A stretch of 64,000 nucleotides of DNA from Octopus vulgaris (lineage: Eukaryota): the NCBI GenBank assembly GCA_951406725.2, contig OX597814.1, positions 224,812,001 through 224,876,000 on the forward strand. Direction: 5' to 3'. How positions within the stretch are numbered: the stretch's first letter is position 1; every line of letters begins with the position of its first letter. The notes beneath the pieces are model-generated. The model saw only the letters and a program-made list of their open reading frames with translations, was not told where the DNA came from and made no database searches. The translations under genes and the position numbers were made by a program. Shown in pieces: positions 43,775-57,409 of this stretch.

Positions 43775-44230
43775 GGCACACACACACACAGGCACACACA
43801 CACACACAGGCACACACACACACACAGGCAACACACACACAGGCACACACACTTCTATGAAACGCACATGAGCACGTTATTCGTAAAATTTGAAGAATTC
43901 GTTGCTCTCCAAGGAAATATTAAAACAAACACAAAAATAGATTTATTCTGTTGGCTTGGTAATTATTTTCATTATTAAATATATACCTTAAACCAGAGTT
44001 GACTATCAAAGACCGGAACGTATCAGATAATCAGTTTATTAATTATACACACACACACACGCACACGCATAAATACATGCACATGTTTGTATTTATGTAT
44101 GTATGTTTGTATATACGTATGTATGTTTGTGTGTTTGTGTGTATGTATGCGTATATGTGTTGCATTCCATTCTATTTTCGGAGCCGTTATTCTAATCCCA
44201 TTATCGCAAATCTGGCTTAATAAAAGTATT

Positions 44231-44348
44231 GTGAGAATGGCCGAGTGGTCTATGGCATCAGGTTCAAGAGTAACCCTTGTTCTTTAATCAGAGCATCAGA
44301 TATTCTGACCCACGATCGTTTGTGTCGTTTTGAACCCCTTTTCTGATG
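44231..44348 (+). pseudogene. Degenerate intron-containing tRNA-Leu(CAA)
   Basis: GTGAGAATGGCCGAGTGGTCTATGGCATCAGGTTCAAG resembles the metazoan tRNA-Leu-CAA 5' exon; ~34-nt intron (44269-44302); 3' exon TTCTGA...TTCTGATG; anticodon stem TCAGG/TCTGA pairs; T-arm damaged. Confidence 0.72.
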
Positions 44349-44391
44349 AATAAATATATTACGAACCAATGAAAAATCCAAGCCTCTATAC

Positions 44392-44682
44392 CTGTCAAGC
44401 ACAACCTGTGGCCCGCAAAGGCATTTTGTGCGGCCCACAAACCATTTTGCAAAGACTTTGCTATTTTAATAAATAACTGAAAATTAACATAGCGAACTTC
44501 ATGTACCACAATCACAGACTGAAAACATACTAGTATTTATCAACTTTTATTATTATATTTCTTTTCTTTACTACTGTTTTTGTATGTTTCTTGATCATCC
44601 AAATTATATGATATACTTTGCGGCCCGCCTTGAGTGAGTGAATTCATGATTTGGCCCTTTGGACGAAAAAGGTGCATCCCTG
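44392..44682. mobile_element. hAT-type MITE
   Basis: Subterminal GCGGCCC motifs, ends ..GCACAACC / GGTGCATCCCTG, 8-bp TSD CTCTATAC/CTCTACAC. Confidence 0.68.
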
Positions 44683-45754
44683 CTCTACACGGTTGCTCAA
44701 ATTCCTACTATTAGCAACTAAGGCCATACTATCTTTGAAAAAGAGGAACGATGTAATCGTAGATATGCAAAACGTTGGAAGGGTCTTGACTGGATCGCTT
44801 TTGACCATACGATTGCTTGATCAAGACTGACTTGGGTTAAACAGCAACAACATGTGGTGTATGAAAAAAATTGATTTTCTTTACTCTATATCAACTGCTG
44901 GAATGAAGCGTTTTAAAAGGGGGAGAAATCTCCAGAAAAATATATCAAATTTACTGTTAATCTCATTTCCTTCAATGCAGCTAACTTAACTCACGCCCAC
45001 AAAGACCTCTAAAGCAATTGGCAAAAATATGTCATACTTTTTCGAATCATTTTGGCGACATATGCAGCTACAAGCAAATATAAACATTCTCTTGGTACTT
45101 TCATCTTTGACCCAGCAGAATACCCAGGTTGCAACAACTGGAAAGGGGGTTAGAACTGCACTAGCACCCGACTGGGGCGGATAAAGGTTGAATGGATGAG
45201 AGCAACATAAAGTGAAGTGCTTTGCTCAAGGATGCAACGTGTCACTCGGCCCAGGAAGGAACTCAGGATATTTTGATCATAAACTCGTGAGCTGCATCAA
45301 TTTCAGTTGTCTCGGAAAGCTTGTAAAGGTTATAGGCTCCGTTCTTTTGATTAATCAATAACAAACAAGCATAGCCACCCTCTTAGTATATATTATAAAT
45401 GAAGAGAGGCAAAACAATGCCAATATTCTGATTCTCAAACCTGTGGGTGGATGGATGGATGTGAAGAGATACGGCAGCACCTCGGATGACTGAGCGACCC
45501 TTTCTACGGAAAGTGCTGCTCACCTGTTAAAATAAGAAATGGACCTGAAAAACGTGGTCTCAATAAAGTGTGCCTTATTCTGGAACAGGCCAGTAAAGCC
45601 GCAGCTGACGAAATATAGTAACATCTAAGAAAAGTGTTCCTTCCAAAATGTGAGTTTTACCACACAAGATTCTCTTACAGTATAAAACTATTATATATAT
45701 ATATATATATATCTTTTTTCTCTCCTTGTTTCTCTCCTTGTTTTTTCTGTGGCC

Positions 45755-45790
45755 CTTTCTGTAGAAGAGCGTAGGCTCGAAACGTAAAAG
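45755..45790 (+). ncRNA. Minimal type I hammerhead ribozyme-like motif within a short dispersed repeat (about 45712-45880)
   Basis: CTTT-CTGTAGA-A-GAGC-GTAG-GCTC-GAAA-CG-TA-AAAG: stem I, core with A6>U, stem II, palindromic stem III, GUA cleavage triplet. Confidence 0.6.
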
Positions 45791-45877
45791 ACTTTTTCTA
45801 TTCTTGAGCGTTATACTAATACATCTGTTTGTTTTGTACACCACCTGTCTTGGTCCTTTGTTTTTTTCGTAAACTCT

Positions 45878-45931
<54 letters not shown>

Positions 45932-46004
45932 TTAAAGTTGACCCCACCACACACCCTTCACAAACTGTTACTCATAATTTTACGTAACAATTCACAGTTT
46001 CGAC

Positions 46005-46225
46005 AATGGTTTGAAATTTTGGCACAAGGCTGGCAATTTGGGGGTTGTGGGTAAGTTGATAATATCGACCCCCAGTACTCAGCTGGTACTTATTTAATCG
46101 ACCCATGAAAGGATGAAAGTTAAAGTCGACCTCCGCGGAATTTGAACTGAGACTGCAAAGACGGACGAAATGCCGCTAAGCGTTTTTTACAGAAGTACTA
46201 ACGATTCTACCCGCTCACTGCTTTC
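46005..46225 (-). mobile_element. SINE family B
   Basis: Core motif at about 46085-46150. Confidence 0.8.
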
Positions 46226-46299
46226 GCACAGTTGTGACAATATAAGTTCTTTATAGTTAGTATTAGGACAAGGAACTGCCCAGCCATCTGAATGCTTGT

Positions 46300-46740
46300 C
46301 CGGCCCTTAATTAATCCGGCTAATTGTAATTTTGAAGTTCCACTGTCAATATTGTAATATTAAGTTTTAAATAAATATACACTTTCGCCAAAGGACTCAA
46401 GACTGCATATGGTTGTGTAACCTGAAACATCAACAAAGTGTAAAATTTTATTAAAGCTGCAGAGAGGTGGTCCCTTAGATAAATGTTGAAGGTGTACAGT
46501 AGAGATAGGGTGAGGTCGTTAGACGAGCGAAGACCATCAGGAAGTTTCTTAATAACATAAGAAGACATTAGGTTCACTTTAATGAACCTGTTAGAAGAAT
46601 AGTTTTCAGAGCTGGGGAAGTTGGTAAGAGAAGCTTCTCGATGGCCTTCTCAGTTGGCCTCAGTAAGAACAGGCCAATAACACGCCAAGTAGTGTGTGGA
46701 GGTTCATGATAGCTGTCATCTGTAGGACAGAGCATATAAA
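46300..46740 (-). mobile_element. Old CR1/L2-type LINE 3' remnant
   Basis: KLPDGLRSS..FNIYLRDHL resembles the LINE ORF2 C-terminal LP..LR..FK..L..HL motif. Confidence 0.45.
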
Positions 46741-46743
46741 GGG

Positions 46744-47069
46744 GAAGAAGAAGAAGAAGAAGAAGAAGAAGAAGAAGAAGAAGAACAACAACAACAACAA
46801 AATGAAGAAGGAGAAGAAGGAGGAGAAGAAGAAGAAGAAGAAGAAGAAGAACAACAACAACAACAAAATGAAGAAGGAGAAGAAGAAGGAGGAGAAGAAG
46901 GAGGAGGAGAAGAAGAAGAAGACGAAGAAGAAGAATACGAAGAAGACGAAGAAGAAGAAGGAGGAGGAGGAGGAGAAGAAGAAGAAGAAGAAGAAGAAGA
47001 AGAAGAAGAAGAAGAAGAAGAAGAAGAAGAAGAAGAAGAAGAAGAAGAAGAAGAAAAAGAAGAAGAAGA
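46744..47069. repeat. (GAA)n/(GGA)n/(CAA)n compound microsatellite
   Basis: Visible; source of the poly-K ORF. Confidence 0.96.
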
Positions 47070-47630
47070 AATACTCTCTATACTAGTTTGTGTGCTATGA
47101 TTTATTCAGTGGAATTAGCTAACATTTCGTAAAACAGGTAACTACACGTAATCATTGTTACCAGTTGTTAGGTAATTAACAGAATTTCTTCATAACAGTG
47201 AAAGAGCTAATACACTTTTTCCCTTCATGAAATAATACAATACTTCATATATATATTATATATAAATATTTACTTTAATGGCGATTAGAAAGAAATTCGC
47301 GTGCTTACTCCGACGAATACAATGCGGAGAGATATACAAATAGGTGCACAAGAGAAAATGAGTTGTAACTTTGTTTGTACGTATGTGACAATTGGCAGAT
47401 GCATTGCGTTATCGATAAATAATTGACGAGTAATTTCATTAAGTTGCCCCACCTCTGCTCAAATAGTCTCTCCGAAAATAACATCGGGGGAAGATAAAAA
47501 AAAAAAAAAAACTAAGAGGAAACTTCTCTGAGATATCATTTTTAGAATACGCTAACGGAGATGAAGTGTGCAGGGTGTGTTCAAGCGACGGAACGAGATA
47601 TAGAAGATTTATAACAATTAGAAAATAGGA

Positions 47631-47722
<92 letters not shown>

Positions 47723-47788
47723 TACATACATACATACATACATACATACATACATACATACATACATACATACATACATACATACATG

Positions 47789-48654
47789 CGAGGTGCATTC
47801 CAGAAGTTTTGAGACCATTTTAGGAGAGGCAGTTGTAACAGTCCTAAATTATTGTAATTTTAGTAAATCATTACTATACATCTAATAAGTTGAGCCGCCA
47901 ACTTTTGTTATTCTAGATTGAAGGAGACGTTTGTAACAGCTCTTTGAACACTGTTTATCAAAGCTGACCAGTGTGCAGAATACAATCAAGACGTTTGGGT
48001 CAAACTGGACAAAAACGCTACAAAGACTTTATGAAATACTCCAGACTGTTTATAGATTAAGTTTTTCGCTGACACAAGAAGTTCAACGACGGTAGAGAGG
48101 AAGTGGGAGAGGGGAGAGACAATGAGAAGTGTGGGAGGGAGAGGAAGGTCAGTATATCAGAGCTGATTGAGAAAATCTGCTATTTTCCGGATGAAGATCG
48201 TGTGACTTATAAGGACAGCAAGCATGCAGTTTGGAATTGATGTGGTAACTGTACACAGAATTATTCATGAAGAGCTGAACATGTTCAAAATCTGTGGAAG
48301 GTTTGTTCCTAGAGTGCTCAGTGACAAGCATCTTGGCAACCAACTATTCGACAAAGGTGGGCATCAAAACTGTCCATCAGCCCCTACAGTTCAGAACTTG
48401 CTCTCTGTGACTTTTGGCTGTTCCCCAAGCTTCCCTATGCTGAAGGAGAACCTCGGGATGAATGATGCTGTGACAAGAGTCCTGGACAACTTCACTTTGG
48501 AGGACTCCCATGGGACTTTCACGTAGTGGTCGGGGCGCTACAACAATCGCATTGAGGTAGACGACCCTGCTTTCAAAGAGATTAGAATTTTGTACTTCGG
48601 TGAAATTGATAAATGTGTCTTGCAAATGTTTGGAAACTTCTGGAATGCACCTTG
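47789..48654 (+). mobile_element. Internally deleted mariner element
   Basis: TIRs CGAGGTGCATTCCAGAAGTTT / AAACTTCTGGAATGCACCTTG-TA; transposase remnant IHEELNMFKICGRFVPRVL (WVP motif). Confidence 0.85.
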
Positions 48655-48796
48655 TAACTGTGAGTTAAAAGGGTCATTATATATACATACAGGAAGACAC
48701 ACACACAGACACACACACAGAGACAAACACACACAGAGACAAACACACACACACACACACACACACAATGCACCTTGTATCTCATATATATAGTTC

Positions 48797-49033
<237 letters not shown>

Positions 49034-49194
49034 AACCGAGAGAGAAAAAGATGTGTAGGAATTAACGGTTCAGCATGATGAATATATACGTATTTTAACA
49101 AGCTCCCTGGCTAATCGCGACACCAATGCCTGTTCTGGCATTGATTTTCTCTATATCGTTGGCAGGGGATGCGTCGCTGTTATCTCTAGTGGTA

Positions 49195-49360
49195 GAGCGC
49201 CCATCATTGGCGAGACCAAGGAAGGTCGAAATCATGTGATCTGGTGGTCTCGGTCCTGGAGATTGTAGGGATTTATCTCCTCGCTACCTATATAATTAAG
49301 CGAACATTTTTGCACCAACAGCCCAGATGAGAGTTTCTCTCATGGTATCTACCACAGTAA
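49195..49360 (+). repeat. Dispersed structured repeat, second copy at 62605-62770 (minus)
   Basis: Shared CCAAGGAAGGTCGAAAT..TGATCTGGTGGTCTCG..CTGGAG..GGGATTTATCT. Confidence 0.7.
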
Positions 49361-50119
49361 AGCTTGTTCTAACAGAAAATTCCCGTTTAAGTGGGAATAA
49401 ATATTACCTCTTGCTATTAATACTGCCTCATTAATACTGCCTCGCTAATATATTTATATACTTTTTGTATTGTCTGAGGCTGAGCAAGACGATGCGTAAA
49501 AATGGTAGGACGGGTTGTGCCTGGCGTGTTGTTCATTCCCTCCAATATAATGTGCTTGATCGGCAGCATGGTAGGAGGACAGGCTGTTACCAATGTAGCG
49601 AGTACCTCCTTCTCTACCTCACTGATGGATCCAAAGGAAGAGCTCAGCTGTTACAGTTCTGCTCCAGCACCATCACGTGATTTTTAAGAACGAGGTCGTA
49701 GCCAACGTCGAACTGCCACAGGGGCAGTTTTTTATATTAAAAAAAAAAAATGTTTTTTACAAGGATTACTCTCGAAACTTTGTTCATGGCTGGATATAGC
49801 CACAAGCCAGCAGAGGTTTAGAATCAGAGTTTTCCTTCTAGATGATTTACTCCAGCACCAAACTAACAAGCTTCATCAACCCGACTGTGTTGCTCTTTAA
49901 ACTATAACTGGGACCCCGATAGATGCTATTACTCCGGATCAGAGCAGACTTCAGAACGATAGTGACTAAGAGGTAGCTTAACACTTCTCAAAACACTGGA
50001 ACTCCTGAACCAGAGCCCTACAACTAAATGCAGCTTAAAGTCATACCCAGGACAAATTTATACATGTAATTCTTGTTGTGCTCGGTGTTGTAAATATATT
50101 GTTAAATAAAATAATAAAT

Positions 50120-50365
50120 GCGCCCTTTTGAAGCCTAGCCAGGCTCATGGACCCGTTTTCCCGGTTTCAATGGTTTGAGTGTTCCCCAGCTGGACGGGAC
50201 GCCTGTCCATCGCAGCATTATTCATTTTTGCCAGCTGAGTGAACTGGAGCAACGTGAAATGAAGTGCTTTGCTCACGAACACAACGCGTCGTCAGTCCAG
50301 GAATCGAAACCACAATCTTACGATCAGGATGCTGACGCCCTAACCACTAAGCCACGCGCCTCCAC
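50120..50365 (-). mobile_element. tRNA-derived SINE (family C-related)
   Basis: Minus head GTGGAGGCGCGTGGCTTAGTGGTTAGGGCG..GGTTTCGATTCC; tail shared with 30445-30495 and 57420-57460. Confidence 0.75.
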
Positions 50366-50704
50366 ATATTGTTAAATAGTAATCTTGAAAAAATTAAGAC
50401 TTAATCAAAGAAAGCGACCAGCTAGCACAGGCTTTGTAAATACAGTCTGTAACCGGAACAGTAAAAATATGCAAGCCTTGAAAAGTCCAGCATGTATCTC
50501 CGTTTTGTTATCCAAATTCCAGCGATGAAGTTTTTTTTTTTTTGGAACCAGTTCCTTTCCAACATCAAGAATTTAAATATTTTTAAAAGAAAAATAACAC
50601 AATTTCTCACATATATGCATAGATGCATATATACACACATAAATATATGCATGTACGCATATTTATATGTAGTATATATGCATAAATACAAGAATACATA
50701 CTCA

Positions 50705-50748
<44 letters not shown>

Positions 50749-50946
50749 TATTTTTTTTTTAAATTTTTTTATTTTTTTATTTTATCTAGTTTCAGCTCAC
50801 GAGCTGTGGCCATATATATACACACACATATATATACATATACATATACCTATATATATATACATATATGTATGTATATGTATATAGAACATAATATAGT
50901 ATATGCATGTATGCATATATAATATAATATAATATAATATAATATA

Positions 50947-51043
<97 letters not shown>

Positions 51044-51509
51044 ATACATATAAACACATACACGTATATTCATACAGACATACACGAACGTATACATTCG
51101 TTGAAATCTATAGTCTTGTTGCGTGATTGAACATAAAGTGTAATCTATGAAAGCTCTTCTCTCCAGGACTTAGTTTGAAGACAAATGTTATGGCAACCAG
51201 CAAGCAAGTGGATGAAAAAGAAGTAAGCATGAAGCAATACTAAACAAATGCCCTTTAATAAATAAAACATTTCTCGCTGCAGAAGTCTTGTGACAGTTAT
51301 AACAAAGCAACTGAGAGACATTTCAGCTTTTTTTCTTTTCCGAAGATATTTGCGCCTTGCAGAGTGTTGTCAGTACTATAGACGTAGACAATAACGTTGT
51401 GAAACTAAAAATACAATATCGGATCTGTTGCTTAAAGATGTGATATAACTTAACTTACATTATAAGAAGCAATGCACACAAACACACACACACACACACA
51501 CAGACACAG

Positions 51510-51543
<34 letters not shown>

Positions 51544-51854
51544 AGACACACAGACACACACACACACACACACAGGGTCAGGGACGCTTATACGCAGTAA
51601 CATTTCTAAAGAGTATATTGTGTGTGCTGTTTACAGTCTTGATAGCTGAGAAGCGACCAATTGGCAAATGTCACATAAACGACAGAAGTTTCGAAAAGAT
51701 ACATGTAGTCGTTGGTGAGCTGGCAGAATCGTTAAAGCGTCGGAAAAGTACGTTGCTATATTTCGTCGAGTTCAACATTGCCTTCATCCCTCCAGGATCA
51801 AAAACATACGACAGCAATCAAACGACTGGCCTTGTATCTAAATTAGAAAGCATT

Positions 51855-52096
51855 ATACCTATTTCTTTACAACCTACAAGGGGCTAAACACAGAGGAGAC
51901 AAACAAGGACAGACAGACAGACGGATTAGGTCGATTATATCGACCCCAGTGCGTGACTGGTACTTAATTTATCGACCCCGAAAGGATGAAAGGCAAATTC
52001 GACCTCGGCGGAATTTGAACTCACAACGTAACGGCAGACAAAATACGGCTACGCATTTCGCCCGGCGTGCTAACGGTTCTGCCAGCTCGCCGCCTT
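51855..52096 (-). mobile_element. SINE family B
   Basis: Near-identical to the head and first unit of 26120-26353. Confidence 0.85.
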
Positions 52097-52113
52097 TGTT
52101 AGAACGCATTATA

Positions 52114-52205
52114 CCGTATATACTCGAGTAACAGTCAATCTCATGTTTTTGGCCAAAAAATTGGGTATTTTCCATAGACCCCGTATAAAAGTCGACCCTG
52201 GTATT
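52114..52205. mobile_element. pogo/Tc2-like transposon end
   Basis: TA-CCGTATATACTCGAGTA terminus plus internal CGTATAAAAGTCGACC repeat; no partner end seen. Confidence 0.45.
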
Positions 52206-52479
52206 TAACGAACAATAGGACAACATTTGTGGGCCAAGGTACCGTATTATCCTGTACGTACAAATAACACTGTCACAAAATTGTGAGGCTACCTCACTGT
52301 TGTCTGCTCGGTGCTTATAGTAAAACACCAGTTAATAGCGAGCACTACGCATCTGTTGATGGGTGCTACATCACCATTACTAAAATGTATGCTCAGTGTA
52401 TGCTGCAAGCCTGCATACATCTTCAAGCAAAATAAACACATGCGTCATACACTCGTTGTTTACATGGTGAGAATCGTGT

Positions 52480-52712
52480 TTAATGGACAGCACTTTCGGC
52501 GAACACTAGCAAACGCTACTGTCTGAATTCGTACAAAGGCCTGAAGATGGCTGTTGATCAAAAGAGGAGAGCCATGGGGTAGCTAGTTGACCATCTGATC
52601 AGCCCCAGCTGGGTCACCTGGAGGAGGGTGTATGATGTTGAAAGATCCGAAACACCCGATGATACCAGTCACATCACCGGAGATGAGTCTTCTCCAGATA
52701 CATCAGTCATTG
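52480..52712 (+). mobile_element. HERO-like RLE LINE 3' remnant
   Basis: RWLLIKRGEPWGS* at 52545-52586 followed by CTGGGTCACCTGGAGGAGGGTGTATGATG..CCGAAACACCC 3' UTR. Confidence 0.6.
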
Positions 52713-55700
52713 ATGTATGCACTCAATGAACAGTAATGACAAGTTGGGGCAGAATCGGTAGAGCATCGGACAAAATGTTTTACGGTATTTATTCTTGCTC
52801 TCAACATTTTGAATTGAATCCCGCCGAGGTTGAACTTTGCCTTTCGTCTTTTTTTTTTGGGGGGGGGGGCGATAAATTAAGTACGAGGCATCTTCTTGAG
52901 TTAACGGTATCGATTGATCCTACTCCACAACATTGCTGGCCTTGTGCTAAATAAGAAATTATTTGTCTAGTGTCTGGCTAGTCGTAATAGATCAGATTTC
53001 TGATGAAAGACATTCCACCCATGAACACTTCAACGTATAGTACCCACAGGACTACATGTATCAAATGTGTTTTGTTTTCAAACAGTAAGTTATAAATGAG
53101 GTCGATTTGGCTGCTATTTCTTGGCGGGGGGGGAGGTCGATTAACGATGCAGACGCCCTTTCCCATTGGCTTGTTAGGCTACATGTTCAGTTTAGTGGTA
53201 TGTGAATAAAGTCAGTGTTAATCAAGTGTATTATGTAAATGGGTTTAGCTTCTCTTTATTCTCGGCAACAACGTTTACACAAAATATAGAAATACAATTG
53301 ATTTACAATGAATGTTCGTTAATAATTTCTAATGGCCAGTACTAATAGCTAATACTGCTGCTAATTATTAATCGCTAAAAATAATTGCTAATATGTAACA
53401 CTAACATATTTAGTAGTTAATAGCTCCTCACTAATAATAAAGTCGAAGCAGAATCCCGATTCAAACATGTTTTAATATTAGTAACCCTCTTTTTCCTTCT
53501 ATCCGCAATAGAAAAAAATACTATAAATACTTTATTGTTACACATATTTATGGGAATACAGCGTATGTTGTTGATATTATTAGCTGTTAGTGAATACATT
53601 TGCAAATTTCATACTGTACAGCGGTTGAAGCGGATTCTTATTCAGCCAAGTATTATTGGAATTGATAACATTGATTATATCAGTCAGACTTTGTTTTCAG
53701 TAACTTATAACATGTTTCAATAACCGATTAGATATTTTATGAAATTCTTCACAGTTTTATTTTTCGAGAACTTCCTACGATGGAAGAAGATAGTTTCTAT
53801 AAATGATCGAGATATTAGTCTTTATGAAACTGTTTTTAAAGCAATTTTATTTCCCAGTAACCAACTGTTGGTCGTTCAATTGGGTTTGTAGTTTCATCAG
53901 ATCGTTTGTTCTGTTTTGAAATACAAAACAATATTTGTAAATAACATTTTACACAGCAGATAATTATTTAAGCTAAATATGGTTACATATCTATTCTTTT
54001 CTTCTTTTAATTTGTTTTACTTGTTTCAGACACAAGATAAATATTTCAAGAAGTTTCATTTCAGTTCTGTAGATTAATAACAATTTACATTTGTATGTGG
54101 ATAAAAAATTTATAATAGGCAGCAAAACCTTTTTGTATTTTTTTGTTTTATTTGCAAATATCGTAACTCATTATCGAAAAATATCTGTGTCAGACATCAC
54201 TTATCAATTCATTTATTCATTGTTTGTTTTAAATAACTCCACTCAATACTTCTTTGAAATGTATTCATAAATTTCCTATTGAAAGTAGGTGCTTTGAAAC
54301 ATTCCACTCTTGCTTTAGGTCGCCATTGTATATTAATGCACCACAGCAACAGACAAACAAATTTCGTGACCATTGGTCGCTTCAAAGCTGAAAATATTTG
54401 GATAGAATTTTACAAACGGAAATATCTTTGTTTCATCATAATTGATATTTTAACGAAGGAAGGCGGCAGACTGGCAGAGTCATTAGAAAATTTTGAAAAA
54501 ATGCTTTGCGGTATTTATTTCAATATTTTACTGTCTAAATTCAAATTTCACCGATATCAACTTTGCCTGTCATCCTATCGGGGTCGATAAAAATAAAATA
54601 CTAGTCAAGTACTGGGGTTGAGGGTATCGACTAACCCTTTCTCTTAAAATTGTTGGCCTTGTGCTTATATCGAAAACCTTTATTTTAACATAGGCGAAGG
54701 CAGCAGAGAGGGCAGAAAGAATGCTTTTCAAATCCCAATGTTGTTGGTCTTTGCCTTCCATAAATCTGGGATCGATAAAATAAAGTACCAATTAAGTCCT
54801 GGTGTCGATATAATTGACTAACACCTTCCCCTAAAAGGTTGCTGGCTTTGTTGCTCATTTTAGCAAGGACAATTAGGAACAGAATCAGTAGATTGCAGGG
54901 CAAAACGTTTTAGTCACAACGCTTGTTATAAAATCAAACCTATTTGTAGCATGGTTGAATCAACCTCATAGAGATTCACTCATTAGTTGCTCAACCAACC
55001 TGCTCTAACTCCCTAAGTAGATGCTAAACAACAACATCATTTCTTTTAAAAATTAATTAATATATTCTATCTCATATGAAAGATTCTATATAACCAAGCG
55101 TTCATCTTTTTCTTCGCTCACATCTGTAATAAAAAAAACAGTGAAAAATACATTGATTTCAGAATATCATTGATACATAAGTGCTCTATAATATGTACCA
55201 ACCTACTTAATATCGAATACACAATGGCATGGTTTATATGTTTCATAAAAACAAGATTTCTGTTTCATTTTAAGTTGTGCAATATGTAATGTTTTTTAAT
55301 AAAATCTCTTTTCATAAAATTTTAAATATATAAACTATTGTCATTTCCTTGTTTTTATAAAGTTTTTCGGAATACTAAAGCTTAGGATGGAAGATTGCTA
55401 AGATTTTTTTATTAATAACTTTCCAAGATTTAATTCAATTTTAGATTTGCCTTCTCCCCCGCCTCCAGTGTTTCGTATGATATTTCAGTTATAAACAGAC
55501 TGATTTTAGTTTCGTTTGTAAACTTTTCTCTTTGAATGTAACATTACAATGTAATGTGGGATATTCATTTTATTTCAAAGACACACAAATGGTCGATATA
55601 TAGTTTTATATATTTCATAAAAACAAAAAACAACAGAAACTTGGCAATTTATGTGATTCTCTGCTCTACAGACTTACCGTATGAAGTAGAATTTGAATGA

Positions 55701-56339
55701 AATATATAAATATCTTTGAGGACGATGCATTTGCAGGACCAGTAGGGTGATGGACAAATTTCCATTCAGTATTTCACGTTATTTGTTCAGATTTCGCTGA
55801 CGCTGATCAAACTTTTCAACCACTTTTGGGGTCAGTAAATTTCTAAGATTGAACTGATTGGTTAAGTCCCTCGCACAAATGTGACCACACAAATATACGG
55901 TCAGAAATTGGTAGCGCAACTTTGCATTTAGGGAAATTATGTAGCTTGAGATGTGATTCTCAAGCTAACGGCGAATCTCTATGTGCTCTCTCGACATGCT
56001 AGCAATAGCATCCAAATTCCACCTAAACCACACTTTCGTAGACGTTAAAGGAGACGTTATGTAATGAAGTGTTGGGTACACTGTATCTAAACATTTTATG
56101 GGACGTTGATTGCTTGATTAGAGATGACTTAAAGTTCACTAACAACAATGACACCATTTCATTTTCGTCATCTTTTGCCAATGGACTTTTATATAAATTG
56201 TCGGAGATTTATAATATTCTGGTTCTGGTGATTGTGTTGGTGTTCTTTGGCTCCAGAACAGCCCTGAGTAAGCAAACTTATGCTCGCAGGTATTCGTACT
56301 ATGACCATTCAGTACTATCTTTATTATTATTATTATTAT

Positions 56340-56950
56340 TGGCAGAATCGTCACCAAGCCGGGCGAAATGCTTAGTGGTATTTCGTCTGCCGCTACGTTC
56401 TGAGTTCAAATTCTGCCGAGGTCGACTTTGCCTTTCATCCTTTCAGGGGTCAATAAAATAAGTACCAGTGAAACACTGGGGTTGATCTAATCGACTATCC
56501 CCCTCCTCAAAATTTCAAGCCTTGTGCTTATAATAGAAATGATCATTATTGGTGTTATTGTTGTTGTTGTTGTTGTTGGTGGTTTAAAACATCTTGGGCT
56601 GCATTAACCAAAGCCCTTTATAAAATGGCTGAGTGTGATTAGAAGGCGATTTGGTTGTTCGTTGGTTCGCGATGGTCGTGGTGGTGTTAGTAGTGGTATT
56701 GGTGAATGTGAAAGGCGGTGAGCTGGCAGAGTGGTTAGCACACCGGGCGAAATGCTTTGCGGTATTTCGTCTGCCGCTACGTTCTGAGTTCAAATTCCTC
56801 CGAGGTCGACTTTGCCTTTCATCCTTTCGAGGTCGATAAATTAAGTATCAGTTACGCACTGGGGTCGATGTAACCGACTTAATACCTATGTCTGTCCTTG
56901 TGTGTCCACTCTATGTTTAGCCCCTTGTGGGTAATAAAGAAATAGGTATT
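56340..56950 (+). mobile_element. Two SINE family B copies (56340-56545, 56712-56950)
   Basis: tRNA-like head and Meta-like core; further degenerate copies near 2370, 52740, 54460 and 54695. Confidence 0.85.
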
Positions 56951-57409
56951 GGTGTTATATAGTGTTATTATTAGTAGAAAGTATGGGAGGTGTAAATAGC
57001 ATTGATGGCAGTGGTTAGGGTTGGTGCTGGTAGTAGTGCTGGCGATGATGGTATTGATATTGATGATAGCGGTACTAGGGGTGCAGTTAGTGATAATAGT
57101 GATGGTAATAAGTTATTTTTGTAATGATGGTGGGGGTGTTGTTGTTGTTGGTGGTGATGGCTAGAAGTTATAGATCTGGAGGTGTTGAACGTTTGAGACG
57201 GCGATGGTTCAGAAGAAATTTCTGGTTAGGTGCCGGTAATGCCAGTGATGATCGCGATTCTGATTTTTTAGGAAACCACTAACGCCATTATGGGTTCAAG
57301 AGTAAATAACAGAGCAATTCATCTGGTACCCATGATTCTCCATGTGAACAGCCATGATACGAGCTTAGCTTTGCCAACGAATGAAACTTAGGTTTAAGTG
57401 TTGTTATTT

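Noticed and set aside
46694-47086. Lysine/glutamate-rich 130-aa ORF
   Set aside because: Translation of a (GAA)n compound microsatellite.
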